From NCBI GenBank assembly GCA_013265495.1, contig MU061578.1, forward strand, positions 2,613,308 through 2,677,307: a stretch of 64,000 nucleotides of DNA, in the 5' to 3' direction. Positions 26,535 through 38,267 of this stretch are shown piece after piece. This DNA comes from Vicugna vicugna. Taxonomy: Eukaryota. Position numbers and translations under genes: made by a program. Positions within the stretch are counted from its first letter, which is position 1; every line of letters begins with the position of its first letter. The notes beneath the pieces were generated by a model. That model worked only from the letters and a program-made list of their open reading frames with translations, ran no database searches and was not told the origin of the DNA.

Positions 26535-27120
26535 TATTTTTTAATATAACAGTTTTATTGAAATATAATTCATATACCATACAATTCATCCATTTAAAAT
26601 ACACAAATCAATGGTTTTCAGTATATATACAGAGTTGGGTAACCACCACCATTATAATTTTAGAGCATACTCATCACCCCTAAAGGAAACTCTATATCCA
26701 TTAGCAGTCATCTCCCATTTCCCTCGCCCCACCCCCCAGACCCTGGCAATGACTAATCTATTTTCTGTCTCTGTGGATTTGCCCATTGTAGACATTACAT
26801 ATAAATGGAACCATACAATATGGCTTCTTTCACTGAGCATCATTTCTTCAAGGTTCATTCATGTTATAGCATGTATCATTTTTATAGCCAAATAATATTC
26901 CATTGTGTGGATAGACCACATTCTATTTATCCATTCATCATTCGATAAATATTTGGGCTGTTTCCACTCTTTGACTGTTACGAACAGTGCTGCTGTGATG
27001 TGTGTGCACACATTCGTGTGGACATGTTTTCATTCCTCTTAGGTCTATACCAAGAAGTAGAGAGTTTCTGGGTCATATGAAAACTCTATGCTTAGCCTTT
27101 TGAAGAACTTCCAGATAGTC
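26535..27120 (-). mobile_element. L1MB 3' end, antisense
   Basis: TTTTATTGAAATATAATTCATATACCATACAATTCATCCATTTAAAA...TCTGTCTCTGTGGATTTGCC...TTCAAGGTTCATTCATGTTATAGCATG. Confidence 0.92.
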
Positions 27121-27271
27121 TAAGGAAGCCTTTCCTGACCCTCCAAGACTGAGGTTCCCTCTCCCTATTTGCATATTCTCTTCATACATTTTATTTCTCT
27201 TTCACAGCAGTTGCAACAAGCACGTCAGTGACCTGGTTAACCCTTGGCTTAATGCCCATATGCCCTCTAGA

Positions 27272-27592
27272 TCATCAATGTCCAATAGAAATATGATGTA
27301 ACCACATGTCTACTTTCACAATTGGTAGCAGCCACATTAAAAATAATAATAAAACAAAACAGGTGAAAGTAATTTTAACATCACTTATTTGATCAAGTAT
27401 ATCCAAAATAACATTTCAGCATGTATTAAGTATTTTTGAAAATAATAATGAAACATTTTGCATTCTTCTTTTTTAATAGCATCTTCAAAGTCCAGTGTGT
27501 ATTTTCACTTCTGACAGAGCTCAACTGGTACTCACCACATTTCAAGTGCTCAGTAACCCCATGTGGCTAGCAGCAATCTTACTGGAAGGTGG
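27272..27592. mobile_element. MER33 (hAT-Charlie) DNA transposon
   Basis: TGTCCAATAGAAATATGATG...AGCCACATTAAAAA...CCACATTTCAAGTGCTCAGTAACCCCATGTGGCTAG. Confidence 0.85.
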
Positions 27593-28111
27593 ATCCCCTA
27601 AACTGCTTACTCCCTGAGGGCAGGAACCCTGCCTGCTTTTGCTGGTTATCATATCCTCAGTCCCTGGTACAGTGTCTAGGGTGCAACAGGCATCCTGTGA
27701 ATATATGCTAAACACTGAATAAATGAATCCACCTCAACCTCCACTCCTCCAAAAATAACCTCTGAAGTTCAACGTTCACCTGGATCCACCTGGTCTTTTC
27801 CAGCAACTTGAATTTGTTAAGAAATGACAATAAAACTTAGGGCTGCCATGTGCAGAACCATGGGTCACAACGACCTTCCACTCTTCGGGCAAATAGTGTT
27901 TTTATTGAAGCCAGAACCAATTGAACAAAAAGGGTTTTTTTTTTAATGTGACTGTGTTTTATTTTGTTTTATTTGTTTTATTTTACAATGTGTGAACCAC
28001 TTTGAAAGGGCAGAGTGCCTGTCTAGAGAAGCCTATTTAATTTCCTCCCTTTATTTTAAAATGTTGGGTAATGTTATTATAAAAGAAGTAGCTTCAACAA
28101 GTAGGTACACA

Positions 28112-28114
<3 letters not shown>

Positions 28115-28144
<30 letters not shown>
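28115..28144. repeat. (CA)n microsatellite
   Basis: Seen directly. Confidence 0.95.
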
Positions 28145-28145
<1 letters not shown>

Positions 28146-28568
28146 ACTACCTCATAAGTCTGTGGAGCAAATGAATCTAACAGCAGCTTCCTAATAGCCA
28201 GTCTTCTTTGTAGTGAGGAAATAATTACCAGCATGTAAAACCCTATATATATTCAACCATTCTCACTTCCTGCAAAATTCAAATCTACAATTGATTTTCT
28301 TTCTAGGGTCCTGAAACCAGCTTTGTCAAAATTACTCAGGAATGGAATGAAGCCAAGCATTACCCCTTGGGGACTCAGGACAAAGCAAGTCAGCCATGGT
28401 CAGTGCAGAGTTGGCCGCCACATACAATTACATCCAGACCTATGGGACAGCAATGCCCTGCTTGGTCCCTTCCCAGCCAGGTCCCTATTGCCTGGGCTGC
28501 AGCCAGAAGCATTCAGGCACAGGTGCATTAAACAAGTATTTACTGGATTTTATTGGTGGTTAGGGGGT

Positions 28569-29017
28569 TGTAGTCGATTACAGTGCATTAATGGACCCAA
28601 TTCTTCACTACGCCCTAAATCCAGGCCCTTTGCCATATAATTTCACAGTTCTTCTCACTAAAGAGTCAGAGTATATTTCTCCAGCCCTCGAAGCTGGGTT
28701 TAGTCATATGTCTTGCCTTGGCCAATGGAATTTTCATCAGTGTTATGTGGCCAGAAGCTTGAAGAGTGGGAGCTCAATCTCTCTTGCTCTCTTGTGCCTC
28801 TGCCATCACCATGAGAACATACCCTGGCAAGCCTACCAGACCCAGGAGAAGAGAAGAGACACCAGGAACAGAGAAGGGCTTCCCAGATGTACCCAGCCTA
28901 GATCAACCAACCCTCAGCTGATCTAGAGATCCACAAAAATATGTAGTTGTTGTGTTAAGCCACTGATTTGGGGAAGCTTGTTACATAGCACTTTTGTGGC
29001 AATAGCTGACTGATACA
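28569..29017 (+). mobile_element. MLT1 (MLT1I/H-like) solo LTR
   Basis: TG...CA ends; CTTGGCCAATGGAAT, CTCTGCCATCACCATGAGAACATACC, TTAAGCCACTGA...GTGGCAATAGCTGACTGATACA. Confidence 0.85.
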
Positions 29018-29127
29018 AAGGTCACTGACCCTTATTTCTGTAGGTTTTAACAAAATTTAACAGCTATATGGAGATCCTCCAATTGCTTTTATTTACAACA
29101 AACTGAACTGAAGAGCTAGTTTGGCCC

Positions 29128-29900
29128 TGTTAACTATCAGTTACCTATCCAGAAACTGGTTAATCCTTTCTTTTCCTTGTTAACAGAACTCCTGTTTCAC
29201 TCAGGTATGGGGCTGCCTTGTTCCTTAGGAGTGCTGGCCCAGCCTCAAGGAATGAATCATGATTGATTTAAGCAGGGTTTGGCAAAGTATAAGTCCAAGG
29301 GTCACATCTGGCCTACTGACTGTTTTTGTAAATAAAATTTTACTGGAACAGAGCCAGGCCCATTCATTTATGCATTGCCTATGGCCACTTTCATGCTACC
29401 ACAGCACAGCTGAGTATTTGTAGCAGAGGCTGTCTGAACCAAAAAGCCTAAAATATTATCATTTTTTAACAAAAAATGTTTGTTGTTCCCTAGTCTAAGG
29501 CTTAGATCCTAAACTAATGTTCCTCAAAACCCCTTAGCCAGCAAGTGGTCTAAGTCTGGTCCCAAGACTCCATTCCAACTGTTCTAGTGAGGGCTGTTCT
29601 GGCTGAGATGTAGGAAGTCTGCTGGGATCTTCTGGGAGAGAATTTAATATAGAAATGTGCAGGGAGATGCCATGCCCCTTCCTTCTTGTTTCTGGGTGTT
29701 GTCACGTGAGGACTTCATATTTGGATTGTGGCAGTCTCCACGACCACAGGAAGAAAGGCAAGAGTATCATGGAAAAGTCAAGCAAGAAATTCATTGTCTT
29801 CAGCTGTTCATTCCACAAACCCTGGAATCAGCTATCTCTAGCCTTAATATGCGAGACAATAAACCCCTGTTGTTCAAGATGGGTGGATGGTCACTTGCTG
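29128..29900 (+). mobile_element. MLT1K/L-like LTR containing a MER58A
   Basis: TTCCTTGTTAACAGAACTCCTG...AATGAATCATGATTG, GGAAGTCTGCTGGG...TTCTGGGAGAG, GAGACAATAAACCC. Confidence 0.65.
29273..29492 (+). mobile_element. MER58A DNA transposon
   Basis: CAGGGTTTGGCAAA...TGTTTTTGTAAATAAAATTTTACTGGAACAGAGCC...AAAGCCTAAAATATT. Confidence 0.88.
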
Positions 29901-32062
29901 GCTGGCTCTTCCCGAGGCAAGTCTTGTCTTGTCCTCCTTGCTCCAAAAGGCCTGGGGTCTGTACAAGCAACCAAGGAGGTGAACCTCGATGCCACAGTTA
30001 AGGCAAAATAACCCATTCACTAGTAGGAGAACTTGGTTAGACAGTCAGCACTTCCTCTGTCTCACCAACCAGATCAACGTGTCCTCTCAGAGAAGAGGCT
30101 AAGCTTTCATCCCAGCTCATTCCCAGGGGACAAAATTGATGCTGGAACCTCCTACCTCTATGCACCAAAGAGAGGAAATTGGGGAGAGTGCCAGGCAGGA
30201 GAGATGCAGCAGTGGATATGGTGTTCACGGAGCTTTGGTCTGTGGACCCAGAAGAAACTGCATTTCTAGACATGGGGGTTTAAGAATGGAAACTTGGAGT
30301 CATGTCTGCTGGCGTTCTCCATCCCTCCAAGCCAGAGGGAATACATTTTGCTCCACCGCACCCGGGTGTAGGAAATGTCACATTCCTATTTCTGTAACTC
30401 CAGCTAAATCTGCTCTGAGTCCCTGTATGCCTGGCAGGTGGGGAATTTGGTCTCGTCATTATTGGGGCCTCTTTCCCTTCTTCATAAGTTTACATAAGAA
30501 CTCTGGGCTGTAGGTGGTTGGAAAGCCAGGCAGCAACTAGGCCCCTGGAGGTCATCATTGCTGCAGTTGCTCCTGATCTGGTAACATTTGGGGGCCATCT
30601 GCTATAAGCAGAACCTCATATGGTCATTCCACTGACCACAGAGCCGGCCATAGGGACCCTCACTGTAGCATGTCTCCACTATACATCAGGACTCCAAAAA
30701 GCCTTCTCTTAATCTCAGCTTCCTCTAAAATCAAGCTGCCCTTGCTTTCTCACCTCCAAACACAAATGCTAGCTCCTCCCCATCATGCCAAACCTTGGTG
30801 GCAACCCAGCTAAATCCTCCTCAAAGAGCCTCAGACACCAAAGCTTTTCACCTTCCTTCTTTAGGAAGATGATGCAAGGGTTATCTGAGACCTCCAGAAA
30901 CCCAATGGTGGCCTCTCTTCTGGGGGGATGGGGTTGACAGAGTCTCCTCTTCAGTGCTGTGTTTATCTTGCTTGCCACTATGTCCCCAGTACCTGGCACA
31001 TAGTAGGTGTTATAAGGACGGCGCATGGTAGATGCTGTTAGTGTCTGTTGAACTGAACTCTTGAGGTTGAAGCTATTAGCAGAAATCAGCCAAGCAACAG
31101 GATGGAAAACCAACCAATAAAAAAAAAAATCAAGTAATTATGGCTTTGAGCTCTGAAACACAGGGCACCAGCCCAAGTTTGGGCAATTTTAATACAACAA
31201 CCATTTTGCCTCCAAACAAACTGGCATCAGCTCCAGAAGCCTCCCTCTGCCTCTCAAAGAGAGCCAGTTTCTCCTTCTTTAAGTGGCAGCATTCCTCCTC
31301 GGGTTACAAAGAAGCAGTATTCATCCCTCTTGCCGCCAGCCAAGGAAAGTAGCCAAGCACCAAAGGTTTGATAGTTAAGCAGTATATTTTAGAGGGAAAA
31401 ACAAAATAACATCTCAAAACTCGATAAGCACCACCACTTTCCAGAGGGCAGATCTCATCTATGAAACCTTCTGCAGCTCAAGCATTGACATGGTTCAATG
31501 ACATACTTTGGGGATTTTTGCAGGGAATAGTGAAGGAGCTCTGCCAAATAAAGGGACAAGAACTCAGAGTTCCCAGAGCAATGAAGGAGGGAACGGGTAC
31601 ATGGGAAAATGTAGGAGTGATGCAAAGCAAGAGAAATCAGAAAGTTGGCCAGGACCAAGCACGGAATGATGTGACCTGTCCTTGGCCCCCAATCTCAACA
31701 AGTCAACAAAATTCATTAATGCTTGGTGCAAATGGTTTATGCTTTGGAGATCAAAGTAGACTCGAGGATAGAGGCAGCAGATGTGGACTCAAATGCCCAG
31801 GACTCAGCAAGGAGGGTTGTGGTTCTGAGATATTAAGCCCCACCCTAGTCTCAGCAGAAATCTCAAGGTGGGCTTCAGACACTCATGGACCATGGAATTT
31901 GTGGCCTTGAGAGCACTGTTTTTTTAGTAGATGCTCCCAGTGCATCTTCCAGCTCCATCACTTCCTACTCGGGTTTTGAACAAGTTACTCAAAGCAAGTT
32001 ACTCAAAGCATGCACTCAAACATCTCTAAAATTTCAGTTTCTTATCTCTAAAGCTGAGGACA

Positions 32063-32228
32063 GGGGGAGGGTATAGCTCAGTGGTAAAGTGCATGCTTAG
32101 CATGCATGAAGTCCTGGATTCAATACCCAGTACCTCCATTTAAAAATAGTAAAAAAATAAATAAATAAATCTAATTACCTCCCCCCAACAAAAAAAAATT
32201 CTTTAATTTTAAACAAAATAAAATAAAA
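32063..32228 (+). mobile_element. Camelid tRNA-derived SINE (Vic-1 type) inserted in a MIR, 14-bp TSD
   Basis: GGGGAGGGTATAGCTCAGTGGTAAAGTGCATGCTTAGCATGCATGAAGTCCTGGATTCAATACCC with Pol III A/B boxes; A-rich tail; TAAAGC(T/A)GAGGACA at 32049-32062 and 32229-32242. Confidence 0.92.
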
Positions 32229-32524
32229 TAAAGCAGAGGACATATTGTATACCTTATAAGGAAGTTATTGTGCGATTAAGAGATAAATGTGTTCAACCCA
32301 GTGCCTAGGACATAGCGAGCTCTCCATAAGTTTGAGCCACCATCACCATGACCTCTAGATCTCAGAGAACAGAGGACACAGTGGGCCCCAAATCAGGCTG
32401 AATGGCAGAATCCCTCGGAAATACCCAAGCCCTACCCAAGACTAAGTCAGGATCACTGGAGGTAGAGCCCAGGAATCTGTATTTTTAAGCTCATCAAGTG
32501 ATTGAAAGAATTGTAGCTTGCCTT

Positions 32525-33320
32525 CTTTTTGTTTTTTTTTAATACTTCTTTTACCTTTTTTTTTTACAGTTCAATCATTTTAAATATATTCACAGATTTG
32601 CACAATCATCACCTGAGTCAATCTGAGAACATTTTAACACCTCAAAAAGAAGTTCCATATCCTTTAGCTCTTACCCTCACCCCCAGCCCCACATTGCACA
32701 CCTAGGCAGCCACTAATCTACTTTCTGTCTCTATAGATTTCCCTATTCTGGACTTTCACAGTAACAGAATCATATAATATGTGACCTTTCTGCGTTTGGC
32801 TTCTTTCACACACCATAATGTTTTCATGGTCCATCAGTATTGTAGCAGGTATCAGAACTTCACTCATTTTTATGGCTAACATTCCATGTGTGGTTATACC
32901 ACATTTTGTTTATCTATTCATCTGCTGAAGGGCATTTGGGTTATTGCCACCTTCTGGCTATTACGAATGATGCTACTACAAACATTCATATTTAAGTTTT
33001 TGTGGACCTATGTTTTCATCTCTGAATAGACCTATCTCCAAGTAAGATATACAAATAAGTACATGAAAAGACACTCAACATCCTTAGCCATTGGAGAAAT
33101 GCAAATCAAAACCACAATGAGATCCCACTTCACAAACATAGGATCAAAAAGACTGCCAGTAACAAGTGTTGGTGAGGATGTGGAGAAATTGGAACCCTCA
33201 CACTCTGCTGGTGGGAATGTCAAATGGTGCAGCCACTTTGGAAAACAGTCCGTCAGTCCTTCACAATTAAATATAGAGTCACCACATGACCCAGAAATTC
33301 CACTCATTGGTATAGATCCA
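32525..33320 (-). mobile_element. L1MB 3' end with inverted 5' part (minus ~32525-33034; plus 33035-33320)
   Basis: Antisense tail up to ...TCTGAATAGACCTA, then a sense ORF2 C-terminal piece (ORF 33063-33335, [13 protein letters not shown]) ending GACCCAGAAATTCCACTC. Confidence 0.85.
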
Positions 33321-34765
33321 CCTGGGCTCTTTTAATCTGTGGGAAATGAACCATCAGTACTTGGCAAGAACAGAGGAGAGAGAAGTGGGAGTTGTGAACA
33401 CAGCCTTCACAACAGGAGCTTGTGGCTGCTTTCCTAGTGAGAACATCTCACTTTGATGAATGATTTTGGGGTTGAAGACACAAATATTCATAAAAGGTGG
33501 CCCCTCAATGACTTCATCAGCTGCTCACCAAAGAAACCACTTTCTGTTCCAACCCTGGAGAGAAACGTGCTGAGTGGGAGCCGGCAAGCAGTGGTAAGTT
33601 TGACCTCTGTGCGTTATGAAAGATGGAGGGGATTTTCAAGAGTAATGTGGGCTGTACTGATTTTTTTTCCCCACTGACTTTAGAACCTTCTGCATAATGC
33701 CTGGCACTCCTACATTTTCTATTGCTTCTAAGTAAATTTCCAGTTCAGCACAGTCTGGAAATAATTTGCTAAGAAATAAATTTATCTCCAAAGCAAACAA
33801 AAAATGCTAAGAATATGGCTATAGTTATATTGCAGAGTTAATACAAATTGCATTTGTATATATACAGCACAGTTTCATGTGTTTTTGGTGGGGGGAGTCC
33901 TTTGTTCTCACATAGGTTGCAGAATGAGGTGTATCAAGGCATTTGCCCAGCAAGACCCTGGGTGGGTTCTTATCTGATTGTGTCAGGGGAGAGTCACCTC
34001 TGCTGGATCATTATCTCAGTCATCTTTTTATCCTCCTCTCCTGGCAAGTTCTAGACACAAGGTGGTTCCATACATGTTTGTTGAATGAACAGGAGACAGA
34101 TAACAACTGGGAATTCCAGACCTGCAGTCAGGATTCCAGAAACTGTGGGTATCTCCAAGACACTATGGCCAAATTCCTCAGTCTCACCATGATTTCTCTG
34201 TCTCAGTGTGAACCCTATGAGTGGTCCTTGTTACAGAACTCCTGTTCTGTATGGACACAGGTGTGTGCTAGGAGTATGAGTCGTGCGTAGGATTTTAGCA
34301 AACCCATTTAGAGAGCTCCGTGCTTTGATATGTCACTCACGTCACTGCCCCTGCTCTCAGGATGAGGCCTCATCCTTCCGTGTAACTGGCAAACCCCATG
34401 ACCCTCTTCTCCTTGGCCAACACTCTGAAAGGCCCACCTTGGCAGCCCCTCATATTCATTTGACAGCCGTTCAAATTAGGGTGGCTAGCCTTCGTGCTAA
34501 TCTTTGATTCTGCAAACCATTTCACTTCTGACTGATTTTTTAATGCTTTATTGAATTATAATATACATATAGAAGCGTGCATACACAAGAGGTTGACTTG
34601 ATAAATTTCTTACAATCTGAATGCACTCATATAACCAACACCCAGATCCAGAAACAGAGCACTGTGGCCCCCTCCCACAACCCCCCTAACCACCTTTCAG
34701 TTACCACTCACCCTGGCTGCCAACAACCTCAACTCATTCCATGTGATTTTGTACTTTGTGTCAGG

Positions 34766-34981
34766 CAGTAGTTCACACCTGGGAGCAATGTTGCCCCCCA
34801 GGGAACATGGGCAATGTCTAGAGACATTTTTGATTGTCACAACTTGGGGGAGGCATGTTACTGGCAGCTAATGGGTAGAGTCCAGGGATGTTGTTAACCG
34901 TCCTACAATGCACAGGGCAGTCCTGCGACAGGGAACTATCCAACCCAAAATGTCAACAGTCTTCTCGGTTGAGAAACCCTG
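34766..34981 (+). mobile_element. MER20 nested in an antisense L1ME fragment (~34540-35020)
   Basis: Full length: CAGTAGTTC...GGCAATGTCTAGAGACATTTTTGATTGTCACAAC...TCCTACAATGCACAGG...GGTTGAGAAACCCTG. Confidence 0.92.
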
Positions 34982-36199
34982 ATATAAAGAGAGTCTTACA
35001 CTACCTACTCTTCTGTGCTTGTGATCAGTTTTAGCCCTTGGATACTGACCATTTAATAGGAAGCAAAAATGTCATATGGAGGCAGGTAAAACCCTAAACA
35101 AAGAAAATCCAAACCTGCCTGCAAACCTGGTGCCTTTAGAGCTGGGATTTGATTTCAATTCTTTCCATTTCATTTTTTGAGTGATTTTTCTTAAAATGGC
35201 ATCCACTGGGCTCAAGGCCCTAAGATTCCCGCAAAGCTGAGGTTCACGTGGGAATTTTGCACACACCCACACAGGTACACACTGTCATTTGCATGCAGAC
35301 ATCCACCCACAGACACACACACCCAGAGACACACACACCAACAAAGACGGAGAGCAAACTTCACCATAAAAGCACAGTCCCCAGAAAAGCAGAAATGCAC
35401 CCTTTTCTCCAGAGGGACATCTATTTCATTCATTTCATTCAGACTCTGACTGTCAAGCTGTTGCTAAGCCTAGCTCTCAGACGTCCCCCCTCTAGGAAAC
35501 AGAGATGGATTTCTTTTTTCTTTACTCAAGAATATAGATTTTAAAAACAAACACTTCTGCATCTCAAAGCAGGCTGTTCTTCCTGAGCTGCACATATTGA
35601 TCAGCATTTTATTGTCAATTTTCTTTCAGTTGAACTGGAAAAAAATATAATCTAATTACATCCTTAGTGACAGTTGGGAATCAGTCGCACTAAATCCAAC
35701 AGGGTGTGTTTGTGTGATATAGGTGTTTAATTTGGGGGACAATGAAGCAGAAGCCTTGGCCATGTTTTAATGTCACTCGTACAGAATCTCTCTAAAGGGG
35801 TGAACACTCACAGTGGCACAAAGCTCCTTCTGAAGCAGAAAGGGATTCTGTCCCAGAAACTGAGTCAGGGTGGTCCATGGCTCCTCATGCCATTTAAGCT
35901 GTAATGTTTTACTAATGTCTCTTCAGGAGTCCCTGGAATGTGGAATACGAAAGACGGAAATACTCCAAGTCTTGGCTAAGCGTCTATAAAGGGAAATAAC
36001 CTGGGCTTGTAGATACTCCACTGCGGTTCCCTAAGCTGCTGCTTCCCGAATTGTTCTATTTCATCAGCCAGTAAAATATTTTTCTTAACTTGGGAACCAA
36101 CGCAAGGTTGCCCTTTTTTCTGAAGGGGTGGAGGGTTAAGAAAGGACATTTTAAACTACCAATTTCACCATCACCACCCCCTAAAAATACCACCATAAT

Positions 36200-36605
36200 C
36201 AATCAGGCTGAATTAGGTTTTACTGCAATAACAAACAACACCTAAGTCTCTGTGCCTTAGAACAACAGAAGTTGCTTTTCTTACTCACGCTCCGTGTGCA
36301 TCCCATGTCAAGGAGCAGGGGGTGGAGGGGATTTTGTATCCACATTGAACTTACTCGGGGGGTTAAGGTGATGGAGGTTCCATCACCCATCAGGGCAACA
36401 GAGGGAACAGGGCAGGAAGACCACGCACTAGGCATTTAATGCTCCAGCCTAGAACAGACACCCTGCATTTCTGCCCCAGCCCATGGACCAGGACATCCCT
36501 CCCCCCAGTCCCACTCACAGAAATGGAGGAAGGAGGTGTCATCCTCCCATTGCCAAGAAGAAGACAAGAACTAGATACTAGTAAGTATTAGACATTTCTA
36601 CCCCC
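36200..36605 (-). mobile_element. MLT1J-like LTR
   Basis: TAGGTTTTACTGCAATAACAAACAACACC...TTAGAACAACAGAAGTTGCTTTTCTTACTCACG matches a reverse MLT1J 3' end. Confidence 0.75.
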
Positions 36606-38222
36606 GTAGCATTTCATAAAAGAAAAAGAAATCTGAAAATGCAAAATAAAACTGAACAAAATGGACATAATTTCAAAATAAAGAACAATCACCAACAAAG
36701 GATAAAGAGCAATCTTTCACCCACGTGCACATTCCCACAACATTTTCCCCATTGTTTTTCATTTCATCCTTTACCCATGAATATTTCCTACAGAATGGTC
36801 ATGGTATAAGGAACCATTTGGAAACCACCGCTCTGAGCCAGGTGATTTTTTTAAAAGCCCCAAGATTAGACCACAGAGCCCTCAGGAAAGATCTGTCAGG
36901 GCCAGGATGTTCACACTTCTCACCATCAATGAGCAGACATCCATGGGGAGAACCTAGGCATCCTAGCCTCAAACAGAGGTTCTTTATAGCTTCATTCTAA
37001 TGCCCTCACTTTGATCTTTGTCATCACTGTAAAGCCAGCTGGTCTCAAGATCTTAAATTTCCACTCTGGCTACATTCTCCCATCCTCCACCTCTCCCACC
37101 CTCTCCTCCCTCCTAATTTTGCTCTTCACAACCTCAGCTTTGCCTTCCTCATCACCCTGGACCGTGCAGCCTTTGATTTCACATCAGTTTCTTTTTCTTC
37201 ACTTAAAATTCATGCAACATTAAATGTAGTACTTTTTCTTTCAGAAATCCCATTTTGTCTGGTCAGAATTATCTGTCCATCTCTCTAACCATCCCTCCAT
37301 CTGTATATAGGCTGAGTCTGGGATGATGTTCACTTTATAGTAAGGAGGTTTATTTCTTGGGGTGGTAAGATTTGAGGTGACTTTTCTTTCTTTCCTGTTC
37401 TTTTTTGTGTTCCTTGAATTTCTTTTTAAACACCTATTTCATTCAAAATAATCAAGGTGTTGTTTTTTTTAATCTACTCTGTATTACATTCATTCATATG
37501 CTCATCTAATCTCCCTACTTGATTACAAACTTCTTGGGTTATCAGATCGTTTTGTGGTCCCAGCATCAGAGATTCTGATTCAAAATGGTTGGACCTTGGA
37601 ATATGCAGGTCTAGAAACCATCTCAGAGGATTCCTTCACAGGTGTTCTAAGGCCAGCATTCTGAGAAGCCCTGATGCAAAAGAAAGGACCCTCACTTTCA
37701 TTTATTTTCCTACCCAGCATAGGAATCAACTGAAGTATTATCCAGTCAGGACCAATCTTGGTACTGGTTGTATGTAAGGAATTCAGAAACAGTTTGGTCA
37801 AGGTTGAGGATGTAAAGGAGGCTTCTCTTTTGGATGTCAAGTCCCCACCTCATACATGGTGGCAATCAATGATGACACCTGTTCCTCTGGCTTCATATCC
37901 CATGGTTTTTGTTCATAGTTGAAGTGTGTCCATCCCCAAACTCAATGCCAGTTACTCACCTACACTTCTACGGGAGATCTGATCTCCACAGGAGAAATCA
38001 AAATGGCCCCCATGGTGGTGGAAGTGAAAATTTGAATTCAATTAGTGAGGATGACACTGAAACATTTCCCAGGAAATGCTTTCGGCAGCTCTGCCCATCC
38101 ATAATCTCACTCCACTTCAGGGCAAAGCCTTGCTTAAGCGGTACTGGCTTCCATTAGAGTAAATCATACTGACTCACAGCAAATGCAGATGAAGGTCAAA
38201 AAGGTTCTTATAACAAAGATTC

Positions 38223-38267
38223 ACACACATGTGCGCGCGCGCGCACACACACACACACACATACACC
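38223..38267. repeat. Compound (CA)n(CG)n(CA)n alternating purine-pyrimidine repeat
   Basis: CACACACATGTGCGCGCGCGCGCACACACACACACACACATACAC seen directly. Confidence 0.9.

Larger units (their letters stand above)
25930..27730 (+). mobile_element. Fragmented L2 interrupted by L1MB and MER33
   Basis: L2 motifs CAGATCACTCCCTTCCAGTGGCTCCC, CCTCAGGGCCTTCACATGTGCTG, GGAAGCCTTTCCTGACC, CCTGAGGGCAGG and a TGAATAAATGAAT tail. Confidence 0.75.

Noticed and set aside
32063..32135. tRNA gene (also 58084-58150)
   Set aside because: The tRNA-like head is followed by a shared body, an A-rich tail and TSDs, so it is a SINE.
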